64,000 bases of DNA, from contig OZ257156.1 in assembly GCA_965279375.1 (NCBI GenBank), positions 352,001 through 416,000 on the forward strand, in the 5' to 3' direction. Numbering within the stretch: position 1 is the stretch's first letter; each line of letters begins with the position of its first letter. Made by a program: the position numbers and the translations under genes. The notes beneath the pieces are model-generated. The model saw only the letters and a list, made by a program, of their open reading frames with translations, was not told the DNA's origin and searched no databases. This DNA comes from Gemmatimonas sp. GTDB taxonomy: Bacteria; Gemmatimonadota; Gemmatimonadetes; Gemmatimonadales; Gemmatimonadaceae. Of the stretch, positions 18,130-27,402 are shown one piece after another.

Positions 18130-19614
18130 ATGCCTCGTCATCCGTTCGCTCCCCGCGTCCCGCGTGTAGTCACGCTCACGATTGGCGGCGCCTTCGTCAG
18201 CGGGATGCTCGCCTGCACCGCAGCAGCACCGGGCGTTTCGCCGACCGCGCAGAGCGCCGGCACTGCCCCACGCGTTGGTCCGGCCAAGGGGTCGGTCATG
18301 GTGGTCGGCGGTGGTGCGCAGGGTCCCGAGGTATACGCCAAGTTCATCGAGCTGGCGGGCGGACCTGATGCGCTCATCATCGACGTGCCAACAGCCGGCG
18401 GCGACTCGATCGACGTCACCACTGCCGGTCGCGCCTGGAAGAATGCCGGTGCGCGCAACGTGGTCGTGCTGCACACCACCGATCGCACCGTCGCCAACTC
18501 GGATGCCTTCTCCGCCAAACTCGCCACAGCTGGCGGCGTCTGGTTCGATGGCGGTCGGCACTACCGCCTCGTGAACAGCTACCTCGGCACCAAGACCCAG
18601 CGCGCCTTCGAGCAGGTGCTCGAGCGCGGAGGCGTGGTCGGTGGTTCGTCGGCGGGCGCGTCCATCCTCGGCGACTACCTCGTGCGCGGTGCCCCCTCCA
18701 ACGACAACCGCCTCTTCAACCACCCCGACTACCTCAAGGGCTTCGCGTATCTGCGCGGCGTCGCGATCGATCAGCACGTGGTCGCGCGCGAGCGGCTGCC
18801 GGACATGCACGACTCGCTCACGTCGCGTCGCTCTGACCTGCTCGGCATCTCGGAAGACGAAGGGACCGTGTGGCTTGTGCAGGGCGACATGGCCACGATC
18901 ATCGGGCGCAACAAGGCGTTCGTGTACAATGGCAAGGACGCCAACGACGCCGGCAAGCCGTTCCTCACACTGCACCCGGGCGATCGCTACAACCTCGCCG
19001 CACGCCGCGTGGTATCGCGCGCCAGTACAGGAACCGCTTTAACCACGAAATTCATCGATGGTCTCTTCGCGCCGTATCGTGACAGCGCCAAGGGTGGTGC
19101 GACCGTCGTGGTGGCGCAGGACGGGAAGGTGCTGGCCAACGCCGCGTACGGCATCGGCGTTCAAAAGCGCCTGCAGCCGGAGACCGGCGTACCCAACTTC
19201 GCACTCGGCGCACTTTCCGACGTGATCAACGCCGCCGTGCCCGCAGGGAACGCCGCGACGCGCTTCAATCAGGCTGCCGCGCGACGTGTCCTTGGCATCG
19301 GCGGCATGCAGCGCTCCGCCGTGGACTCGGCGACCGGCGCATGGCAGGGCAGCGTGGACGATCTGTATCGCTTCGAGCAGGGACGCTGGCCGTGGCGCGG
19401 TGGCGTGGCAGACACCGTCTCACGCGGCTTCGTGGTCGATCAGGATCATGGCACGGCGCGCTGGAGCGCGTTCGCCAAGGCGGACGGCAAGCGCGGCGCG
19501 TGGGTGCGCTATCCCACTTCGCGTACGGCCATTCTGATTCTCACCAACGACGACAACGCCGACGTGCGCGGCATGGCGCAGCGCATCGCGGACAAGCTGT
19601 TCGCGGGGAAGTAG
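18130..19614 (+). CDS. Cyanophycinase-like peptidase S51 lipoprotein fused to a degenerate beta-lactamase-like domain
   Basis: VVGGG, DVPTA, GGSSAGA, IDQH..ARER, GISEDEGT; lipobox MLAC; C-terminal GATVVVAQDGKV..AYG...ILILTN. Start uncertain (18115 or 18130). Confidence 0.82.
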   Translation: MPRHPFAPRVPRVVTLTIGGAFVSGMLACTAAAPGVSPTAQSAGTAPRVGPAKGSVMVVGGGAQGPEVYAKFIELAGGPDALIIDVPTAGGDSIDVTTAGRAWKNAGARNVVVLHTTDRTVANSDAFSAKLATAGGVWFDGGRHYRLVNSYLGTKTQRAFEQVLERGGVVGGSSAGASILGDYLVRGAPSNDNRLFNHPDYLKGFAYLRGVAIDQHVVARERLPDMHDSLTSRRSDLLGISEDEGTVWLVQGDMATIIGRNKAFVYNGKDANDAGKPFLTLHPGDRYNLAARRVVSRASTGTALTTKFIDGLFAPYRDSAKGGATVVVAQDGKVLANAAYGIGVQKRLQPETGVPNFALGALSDVINAAVPAGNAATRFNQAAARRVLGIGGMQRSAVDSATGAWQGSVDDLYRFEQGRWPWRGGVADTVSRGFVVDQDHGTARWSAFAKADGKRGAWVRYPTSRTAILILTNDDNADVRGMAQRIADKLFAGK

Positions 19615-19619
19615 CTCTC

Positions 19620-20927
19620 ATGTCTTTTTCGCGACCGTTCCGCATCGCCGTTGCCACCTCTGCGGTCGGTCTTGCACTGTTGCCCGCAGCAATCACCGCA
19701 CGATCCGCATCGTCCACGCAGTCTGTCGCCACCGCCTATCGCTTTCGATCCCTCGTGGACGGCAACGGCAAGCGAACGGAAGACGCGGTCGTCGTTGTGC
19801 GGGGCGATACGATCGTGCGCGTTGGTCGCGGAGCGGCTGCGGTGCCCAAGGGCGCCACGGTGGTGGACCTGCGCCGCTACACGGTCATTCCGGGATTGAT
19901 CGACGTCCACACGCACCTGACGTACTACAAGGACAAGGCGAATTCTTCGGCGCCGGCGCCACGCGCCGTCGATTCCGTGGTGGCTGCGGCGGCGTGGAAC
20001 GCCAAGCGCACGCTCGAGACCGGGGTCACGACGGTGCGCGACCTCGGCGCGTCCAACTACACCGACATCGCGCTGCGCGACGCCATCGCGAAGGGCTCGA
20101 TTGTGGGGCCGCGGATGTTCGTCGCGGGGTTCGGGCTGTCGAAGGCCACGGCGCCCGGTCGGGCCGGCGCGCCACCACAGGCGCCGCGTGGTCGCGTGAT
20201 GGACACGAGCGAGATCCGCATCGCCGTGAAAGCGCAGGTCGACGCGGGCGCCGACTGGATCAAGATGTACGGCTCCACCGGCACCTACGCGAACGTCACC
20301 GGCGTGCAGACCTTCACCGACGAAGAGATGCGCGTCGCGGTGCAGGCGGCGCACCAGTACAACAAGCCGATCGCGATTCATTCGTATGGCGATTCGGGCG
20401 GACGCGCGGCTATGCGCGCGGGCGCTGAATCGGTTGAACATCCCGGTATGCTCGACGACGCGACGCTCGCCGAGTTCGCGAAGCGTGGCACGGTGTACGT
20501 GCCCACCGTGGACCACAATCGCTTTTACGCCGAGAATGCGGCGCTGCTTGGCTATACGCCCAAGCAGGTCGCGGAGCTCGACTCGTTTCGACTGCTCAAC
20601 CTCTCGACCGTGCGGCGCGCGCACAAAGCGAAGGTGCCGTTGGCGATGGGAAGCGATGCGGTCTACTGGATGTTCGGCGAGAACACACACGAGCTCTCGT
20701 TCATGGTGCAGGCAGGACTCACACCGGCAGAAGCCCTCGCGACGGCAACGGTGATTCCAGCGAAGATGCTGCGCATGCCGACCAAGTTGGGTCGCGTCGC
20801 CCCCGGGTTCTTTGCAGACCTCGTCGCGGTCGATGGCGATCCGCTGCGCGACATCGATGTCGTCATCAACCACGTGGTGTGGGTGATGAAGGGCGGCACG
20901 GTCGTCGTGGACAAGCGGTCTCCGTGA
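19620..20927 (+). CDS. Exported metal-dependent amidohydrolase (Xaa-Pro dipeptidase/HutI-like)
   Basis: PGLIDVHTH, GVTTVRDLG, DWIK, AIH, SVEH, MGSDA, ADLVAVDGDPL; signal peptide. Confidence 0.9.
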   Translation: MSFSRPFRIAVATSAVGLALLPAAITARSASSTQSVATAYRFRSLVDGNGKRTEDAVVVVRGDTIVRVGRGAAAVPKGATVVDLRRYTVIPGLIDVHTHLTYYKDKANSSAPAPRAVDSVVAAAAWNAKRTLETGVTTVRDLGASNYTDIALRDAIAKGSIVGPRMFVAGFGLSKATAPGRAGAPPQAPRGRVMDTSEIRIAVKAQVDAGADWIKMYGSTGTYANVTGVQTFTDEEMRVAVQAAHQYNKPIAIHSYGDSGGRAAMRAGAESVEHPGMLDDATLAEFAKRGTVYVPTVDHNRFYAENAALLGYTPKQVAELDSFRLLNLSTVRRAHKAKVPLAMGSDAVYWMFGENTHELSFMVQAGLTPAEALATATVIPAKMLRMPTKLGRVAPGFFADLVAVDGDPLRDIDVVINHVVWVMKGGTVVVDKRSP

Positions 20928-21520
20928 GCGTCGAACACGATCTTCCCTCGAATATGACAAGCGCCAGAACGCGCCCCACACCCGACAGCTACTTCATGGG
21001 CATTGCACTGGCAGTTCGCGCCCGTGCCGATTGCTCCGGGAATCGCGTTGGGGCAATCATCGTGCGCGACCGACGCATCGTTTCGACCGGCTACAATGGA
21101 ACGCCGGAGAACATGGTCAATTGCACCGACGGTGGCTGTGATCGATGCGCGAACCGCGACGACTATCCGTCTGGGTCAGGCTACGACCTGTGCATTTGCG
21201 TGCACGCCGAGCAGAACGCGTTGCTCTCAGCGGCGAGGTTCGGGATCGCGGTTGAAGGCGGGACGATGTACACCACCATGCGTCCGTGCTTCGGCTGCAC
21301 CAAGGAGCTGCTGCAAGCGAAGATCCAGTCCGTGTTCTTCATCCACGACTGGTCGCATCCCGACAAGGCCAAGCAATCGCACTACAGCTTGTTGCAGTCG
21401 CGTTTTCCGGGTGGCATTCGTCAACTCGCCATCAACGACCCGGACGCCGATTGGGCCGTGACCACGCGGCGGCTCGCCTCGCGATTGCGCCCTGATGAAC
21501 TCGGGCACGACGACAGCTGA
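20924..21520 (+). CDS. dCMP deaminase family protein (ComEB-like)
   Basis: YFMGIA, VGAIIV, STGYNG, VHAEQNA, PCFGC. GTG start overlaps the upstream TGA (alternative ATG 20954). Confidence 0.9.
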   Translation: MSVEHDLPSNMTSARTRPTPDSYFMGIALAVRARADCSGNRVGAIIVRDRRIVSTGYNGTPENMVNCTDGGCDRCANRDDYPSGSGYDLCICVHAEQNALLSAARFGIAVEGGTMYTTMRPCFGCTKELLQAKIQSVFFIHDWSHPDKAKQSHYSLLQSRFPGGIRQLAINDPDADWAVTTRRLASRLRPDELGHDDS

Positions 21521-21705
21521 GCAACGCTCGCAAGACACGCACGCTCGCACTTGGGACACGCAGCACCGCCGTACGTCTCGCGCTGGTCACGAGATGTTTC
21601 TGCCCTTTACGCACTATCGTGCGAAGGCGAACGTTCCAGCGATCGCGATGTCACGCCGAATCTGTGATTGACGGTTCAGCGAAACTGCCTTCGACACCGA
21701 CCCCG

Positions 21706-23931
21706 ATGCTGTCTACGATTCTGCGCCGTGCCGTGTGCTGTGCCCTGTGGGTGCTGTTGTTTCCTGTCGGCATGCATGCGCAGGCGTCCGGCGCAGCAGC
21801 ATCACGTGACCGACGTGCCGCGATCGACTCGATGAAGCGCGCTCCCACCGCGCTCCCCGCCGTGCTGGTAGTGGGTACGGAACAGCGCGCGATCTCCCGC
21901 ATCCCGGGTGCGGTGGCCGTGGTGGATTCCTCTCGCCTGCGCAACGCGAGCCCTCTATCCATCAAGGACGCTGTGCGTAGCGTGCCGGGCATGCACGTGA
22001 TGGATGAAGACGCATTCGGCCTGAATCTCAACATCGGCATGCGCGGTCTCGCCGCACGACGCTCGCAACGCGTGCTGCTGCTGGAAGACGGTATGCCGAT
22101 CCATCTGGGTCCCTACAGCGATCCATCGGCGCACTACCATCCGCCTGTCGATGGTCTCGCGCGCGTGGAAGTCGTGAAGGGATCGGCCCAGATCGCTTTT
22201 GGCCCACAGACGGTGGGTGGGGTCGTGAACTTCGTGCGACGTCCGCCGCCGGATCGCCCGATGGCACGCCTGTCGCTTGCGGGGGGCGATCGCGGCTTTC
22301 GATCGGCACGCCTGTCCACGGGCGGTACATGGAACGGTCGCGGCATTGTACTGGATGCGGCACGACGCGAGGGTGACGGCACGCGACGTGGGCACGAGCA
22401 CCGCGTGGACGACATATCGCTGCGTGGTGTGCTGCCGTTGAGTCCTACGCAACGGCTGGCGCTATCGGCGGGGCTGTACACCGAAGCCTCGCGCTACGGC
22501 GAAGCCGGGTTGTCGCAGACCGAGTTCGATGCCGACCCGTATCAGAACCCGCTCCCCAACGACGTTTTTGATCTCTCACGCCGCGGTGCGCAGGCGGTGC
22601 ATGAGGTCGCATTCGGCCGCGGCATCACGTTGCGTACGCAGGCATACACGCAACGCATCGAACGCACGGCGTGGCGTCAGGCCAGCACGTCGGCCGATCG
22701 ACTTGGAAATGCCTCGTACGAGCGGGCGTTTGGATGTGCGCCCGGCGCCACCTCCGTGGACCAGTGCAAGAACACCGGGCGACCACGTCGTTACCTGTTC
22801 AGTGGATTGGAGCCGCGTCTGCACGTACCACACACAGTGCTCGGCGCAGACGCGGAGCTCGAGACGGGCGTTCGCGCGCACGCCGAATCGATGCGCCGTC
22901 AGGAGCGCGCGGGTACGAGCGCAACCGCACGCACTGGCCCGCTGACACGCGACAACGCCATCGATACGCGCGCGGGAGCGTTCTTCGTTCGCGAGCAGCT
23001 GCGCACAGGCGCTTGGACACTCACCCCCGGCGTTCGCGTGGAGCACGTCCGCTCCGTCAACGAGAACCGGCTGGCCGGCACGCGCAACCATGACGCCTAC
23101 ACGGAGGTCCTTCCCGGCCTTGGCGTGTCATGGGAACAGCGCAACAGCAACGGCCGATCGTTCACGCTGTTGGGTGGCGTTCATCGCGGCTTCGCTCCAC
23201 CTCGCCCCGCCGACATTCTCAATCCGGTCGCTGGCGAGGGACTCGTGCAGGTCGACGCCGAAGTGAGTTGGACTTCGGAAATTGGTGCGCGGCTGCAGCT
23301 GAGCGACGCCGCGCAAATCGATGTCACGGCCTTCCGCATCGACTTCGACAATCAGGTCGTCAGCGGCAGTCTGGTAGGGTCAGGCCAGCGGTTCGTGAAC
23401 GCGGGACGCACGCTGCATCAGGGCGTGGAGGTTGGCGCGCACATCGCCATCGACCAACTGCTGGGCGACGTGTGGCGATCGACCTCCAGCACGCTCGCTG
23501 CCGACGTTGCGTTGACGTACCTCCCCACGGCGCGCTTCGCCAGCACGCGCGCGAGCACCGTGGATAGCAAACAGTCGGTGCTGGGCAAGCGTGTGCCCTT
23601 CTCGCCGCGCTCTACGCTCAATGTCGGGCTGGGGTGGCAGCATCGACGCGGGGCAAGCGTGCGCGTCGACGGCGATGTCATCGCCTCGCAGTACGCGGAC
23701 GATCTCAACAGCATCGCGTCGGCCGCACAGGGGCGTCGTGGATTGCTGCCGAGCTATTCGGTGTTCAACGTGGCGCTACGGGCACCCGTGCGGCGCGGCA
23801 CCACGTCGCCCTTTGCCCTGACGGCGGCAGTCAAGAACGTCGCCAACCGAGTCTACATCACCGATCGGTCGGAAGGGATCATGACCGGCATGCCGCGGTT
23901 GTTCGTGATGGGCGTGGAACTGCAGCGGTGA
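21706..23931 (+). CDS. TonB-dependent receptor, FecA-like
   Basis: Plug NIGMRG...LLLEDGMP...RVEVVKGS..FGPQTVGGVVN; barrel strands; VKNVANRVY...GMPR. Confidence 0.88.
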   Translation: MLSTILRRAVCCALWVLLFPVGMHAQASGAAASRDRRAAIDSMKRAPTALPAVLVVGTEQRAISRIPGAVAVVDSSRLRNASPLSIKDAVRSVPGMHVMDEDAFGLNLNIGMRGLAARRSQRVLLLEDGMPIHLGPYSDPSAHYHPPVDGLARVEVVKGSAQIAFGPQTVGGVVNFVRRPPPDRPMARLSLAGGDRGFRSARLSTGGTWNGRGIVLDAARREGDGTRRGHEHRVDDISLRGVLPLSPTQRLALSAGLYTEASRYGEAGLSQTEFDADPYQNPLPNDVFDLSRRGAQAVHEVAFGRGITLRTQAYTQRIERTAWRQASTSADRLGNASYERAFGCAPGATSVDQCKNTGRPRRYLFSGLEPRLHVPHTVLGADAELETGVRAHAESMRRQERAGTSATARTGPLTRDNAIDTRAGAFFVREQLRTGAWTLTPGVRVEHVRSVNENRLAGTRNHDAYTEVLPGLGVSWEQRNSNGRSFTLLGGVHRGFAPPRPADILNPVAGEGLVQVDAEVSWTSEIGARLQLSDAAQIDVTAFRIDFDNQVVSGSLVGSGQRFVNAGRTLHQGVEVGAHIAIDQLLGDVWRSTSSTLAADVALTYLPTARFASTRASTVDSKQSVLGKRVPFSPRSTLNVGLGWQHRRGASVRVDGDVIASQYADDLNSIASAAQGRRGLLPSYSVFNVALRAPVRRGTTSPFALTAAVKNVANRVYITDRSEGIMTGMPRLFVMGVELQR

Positions 23932-23977
23932 CGGCCAATCGCTGAACGCTGAGTGGTGAGCATCCACCGCAGGCGTC

Positions 23978-26221
23978 TCAGTGCGGGCCGTCCGATCCCA
24001 TCGAGCGTGACTGTACACCGCGCAGCACGTCGAGTCGAAGCTCGCTCCAGCCGTCCACCTGAACGTACTGCACGCGCACGCGGTGCGTTCCTCCTGCGAT
24101 CGCGGCGTACGCGGGCCGCGTGACATGCGGCAGCCAATCGTCGATCACCAGCACGTCGTCTATCCACACCCGCACTGCATCATCGCTCAACGTGCGCAGC
24201 GTATGCGTGCCAGCGGGCAGCGTGAGCGACGACGTCGCCTCGAGCGCCAGCTTGTTGCGCGGCAGCGAAGGGAACAGTGCACGCGACGTGAAGTAGTCGA
24301 GACGCAGTTCGTCGCGCGTGAGCAGCGGCGGCGAACGCAGCAGCGCATCGAACGCATCGGGGCGTGCACGCGGATCGGTGCTGTCGGCCCACGCGTAGAA
24401 TCTGACATTCCAGCGGGCAGCAGGCTCGAAGCGCTCGTAAGAAAAGCGCACCGGCGTTCCGGCCCGATGCTCCACGCCGTCGCGTGACCGCGTGGCAGTG
24501 CCGACGTATTCGAGCGTGAGCGACCAGTCACCGATTGCAACGGACGCAGGTGTGACGACAATCGTGTCGCCGACACGTCCGCTCCGGCTGGACACGCTGG
24601 TGAGTCCGCGCTGCCCGACCACGCGCCATCGACCCGCGGGCCCCAGCACCGCCAGTCGCAGCGGCATTGCGCGCGTGCTGTCGACAGGCCAGAGCTTTGG
24701 TGAACGCCAGTCGTACGGGCCCCATTCGTCCACCACGATCGCCGAGCGATCACGATCGGCCACCGCCGTGCGCGGCCAGGTGAGTGGTTCGTCGTCAATC
24801 TTTGGCAGCCGCCAGTACGTCGTCGTGGGCGCGAGACGACGCGGATCGCAGTCGCTCGCGATGGAGTCCGCGCGGATGTTGGCGATCGTATCGAGTGGCG
24901 CCGTGTTGGTAATGGCGAACGGCGTCTTCACGCCATTCATTCGATTCTCGCGAATGAGATTGTCGCGGCTGCGCGTATCGCGAAACTTGGGATAGCCCCA
25001 GTCGGACGGCTCGATGGGGTCGGCCCACAATCGAATGCCGGTCCCGTCACCATCAAAGCGATTGGCGGCGATGGTGTTCTGCTGACCATGCTCGATGGCA
25101 ATGCCGATGCGATTGGCGCCAAAGCAGTTGCCGATCACGCGCGACTCGTAGCTGTAGCCACCCCAGAGTCCATGATCGTTGCCTACTACACGATTGGCGA
25201 TGAAGCTGTTGCGACTGAACGTCGCTTCCATGCCATTGGTGGGTGCATACGAAAAATCGTTGCTCAGAAAGACGTTGTCGTTCGCACCGCCTTTGCCGTT
25301 GTCCATCGTCTGCTGGCCAGCCCAGAGAAACAGCCCGTCGCCACCATGCGTGACCGAGTTGTACGCCACCATGTTGCCGGTGCACTGCTCGAACATCAGG
25401 ATGCCCGCCGAATCCTGCCCTCGACGATACACGCCATGACTGTAACCGCGCACGTCGTAGTCGATGCGATTGGCGACGATCGTGTTGTGGCTGGAGCGAT
25501 ACATGCCGATCCCCAACCCCGAGTTGAACGAGAAGTCGTTGGCGCGTATCTGCAGCGAGTCTGTGCGCACGAGCATCAGGCCGTTCATCCCCTGCTCCAC
25601 GCGATTACCACGCAGCGCGCCCCCAATCACTCCCTCGAGATAGATCCCCGCGCCAAAGCGCAGCCACTCGCGTTGCTCGTTCTGATGGTACGACAGCCAG
25701 TCGTTGAGACTTTCGTGCTCCACGAGACTGAACAGCCTCGGCTTCCAGTTGTGACTCAGGTCGTTGTCCAGCAGCTCGAGCGAGCGCGTACCCCGCGCGA
25801 GGATTCCCACGTGATAGCCGCGCGCGCGCAGTCCCTGCACGCGCACGCCGCTCCCGCCGTCTATGCGTACGGCCACACCGCGCGCCGCATCAGGCTCCGC
25901 ATTGTCGGGCGTGCCCACCAGCACCACACCGCGCATGTCCACCGTGATGCCGCTGCCGCGAATGACGAGCAGCGCGGAATCGAGCGAGGCACTGCCGGCC
26001 CAGCGATACACCCCCGGCTTCACTCGCACCGAATGCGTGATCACCATCCCGGGGCGAGGAACGACCGTGGGTAGGCTCGTGGGGATTGCCGCGCGTGCGC
26101 GTACTGGCGGGCCGCCCTGCGCCACCAGCGCCGTCATCGGCAGCACGGCTGCCATCATCGCCACGACCCGAACGCTGACGGCGATCCATCCAGCGCGCAG
26201 CAACGCACCACTCCGGCGCAT
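23978..26221 (-). CDS. Secreted right-handed parallel beta-helix (NosD/pectate lyase-like) protein with C-terminal PA14 domain
   Basis: Asn/Gly-rich PbH1 repeats (GIYL, GIGMY, GILM, GIAI); PA14 motif SDDAVRVWIDDVLVIDDW; ATG overlaps the upstream stop. Confidence 0.8.
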   Translation of the reverse strand: MRRSGALLRAGWIAVSVRVVAMMAAVLPMTALVAQGGPPVRARAAIPTSLPTVVPRPGMVITHSVRVKPGVYRWAGSASLDSALLVIRGSGITVDMRGVVLVGTPDNAEPDAARGVAVRIDGGSGVRVQGLRARGYHVGILARGTRSLELLDNDLSHNWKPRLFSLVEHESLNDWLSYHQNEQREWLRFGAGIYLEGVIGGALRGNRVEQGMNGLMLVRTDSLQIRANDFSFNSGLGIGMYRSSHNTIVANRIDYDVRGYSHGVYRRGQDSAGILMFEQCTGNMVAYNSVTHGGDGLFLWAGQQTMDNGKGGANDNVFLSNDFSYAPTNGMEATFSRNSFIANRVVGNDHGLWGGYSYESRVIGNCFGANRIGIAIEHGQQNTIAANRFDGDGTGIRLWADPIEPSDWGYPKFRDTRSRDNLIRENRMNGVKTPFAITNTAPLDTIANIRADSIASDCDPRRLAPTTTYWRLPKIDDEPLTWPRTAVADRDRSAIVVDEWGPYDWRSPKLWPVDSTRAMPLRLAVLGPAGRWRVVGQRGLTSVSSRSGRVGDTIVVTPASVAIGDWSLTLEYVGTATRSRDGVEHRAGTPVRFSYERFEPAARWNVRFYAWADSTDPRARPDAFDALLRSPPLLTRDELRLDYFTSRALFPSLPRNKLALEATSSLTLPAGTHTLRTLSDDAVRVWIDDVLVIDDWLPHVTRPAYAAIAGGTHRVRVQYVQVDGWSELRLDVLRGVQSRSMGSDGPH

Positions 26222-26712
26222 CACAGCCAGCGCCCCACATGCCCGCTGTACTCCATAAACTCGTCGGGAAAGCGTTCCATCAGGTGCTGCTCCTCGCGGC
26301 TGATCACCAGCGTGACGATCACCGACAGCACCAGCGGCAGCAGCAGGAGAGACCACAACAGGCCGGTCGCCAGTACGCCGCCGACGTAGGCGGTCGTCAG
26401 CCCGAGATACATCGGATTGCGTGTGCGCGCGTAGATGCCGGTGGTCACGAGGCTGCGCGCTGGCTTGTTGGGATAGATCGCCGTGCGGTGGCGCCGGAAC
26501 GTCAGCATGCCGGTGAGCACGAGCGTCGCACCGGCAGCCATCAGCAGGAGTCCGAACCACACCAGCGGTGCGCTCTCGGGCACGCGCAGCGGAAATGGCC
26601 GCACGCGCTCGAGCAACGCGCCAACCCCGAAGCCGATGACGAAAGGCAAAGGCGGCGGGAAGCGAACGGCAGGGCCGAGGTCGGTCGAGGCCGGGGCTGA
26701 GGGCGGAGTCAT
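26221..26712 (-). CDS. Isoprenylcysteine carboxyl methyltransferase/PEMT family membrane protein
   Basis: FPPP, LVTTGIYARTRNPMY, EEQHL..RF..EF.EY...VGRWL. Start 26712 or 26730. Confidence 0.88.
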   Translation of the reverse strand: MTPPSAPASTDLGPAVRFPPPLPFVIGFGVGALLERVRPFPLRVPESAPLVWFGLLLMAAGATLVLTGMLTFRRHRTAIYPNKPARSLVTTGIYARTRNPMYLGLTTAYVGGVLATGLLWSLLLLPLVLSVIVTLVISREEQHLMERFPDEFMEYSGHVGRWL

Positions 26713-26842
26713 CCCTGAAGCGTGCGGCATAGTGACCAAATCCGCCAGTTCGACACACGTTTGCACGCAATGCCTTCCGACGGCTGATATTGATTGGGTG
26801 CATCAGGGAGACGCCTTCCTCCTTCCTCCGGGCTCCGCTTCC

Positions 26843-27319
26843 ATGACGACTCTTCGAGCTCCGCTCCCGCGTGCGGCATGCGCGGCCGTTGTGCTGCTTG
26901 CAGCGCTCTCACTCGCCGCCTGCGGTCCGGCTCGCGGCAGAGCGACTGCGTTGGCCCCACGACCATCGCCGACCGGGAGCCGCTCGGTCAGCAGCGAGAT
27001 GATCGCGAAGTGGAACGTACAGGACGCGTTCGACGCGATCGTTCGGGCCGGCGGCTACAGCATCGCCGACAACAGCCGTGGTGGCGTGTCGGTTCGTCAG
27101 CGCCGCGGCCAGACGAGCATCACCAACGGCAACGCAGACAAGCCGGTGTTGCTGATCGACGGCGCACAGATGCGCGACTACGACATGCTGCGACAGGTGC
27201 GCGCCATCGATATCGACCGCATCGACTTTCTCTCACCCGGCGACGCTGCGCAGCGCTTCGGGACATCATCGTCCGGCGCGGGTGCGATCATCGTGCTGAC
27301 CCGCGGGCGCGCGCGCTGA
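26843..27319 (+). CDS. Lipoprotein consisting of a stand-alone TonB-receptor plug-like domain
   Basis: Lipobox LAAC; PVLLIDG...IDIDRIDFL...AAQRFG....GAIIVLTR; no barrel. Confidence 0.75.
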   Translation: MTTLRAPLPRAACAAVVLLAALSLAACGPARGRATALAPRPSPTGSRSVSSEMIAKWNVQDAFDAIVRAGGYSIADNSRGGVSVRQRRGQTSITNGNADKPVLLIDGAQMRDYDMLRQVRAIDIDRIDFLSPGDAAQRFGTSSSGAGAIIVLTRGRAR

Positions 27320-27347
27320 GACGACCGCCGCTCGAGTAGCGCGACGC

Positions 27348-27380
27348 AAAAGGGGCGGACGCTGGTGCGCCCGCCCCTTT
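27348..27380. terminator. Intrinsic terminator between convergent genes (best on minus strand)
   Basis: aaaggggcgg-a-cgc tggt gcg-c-ccgccccttt; the A/C mismatch is a G-U pair on the minus strand; T-runs on both strands. Confidence 0.8.
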
Positions 27381-27402
27381 CTCTGCTGCATCGCTTCGTG
27401 TG

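Noticed and set aside
20924..21520. dCMP deaminase as an anti-phage dCTP deaminase
   Set aside because: Lacks the N-terminal P-loop kinase domain of the defence enzymes and has no defence-island context.
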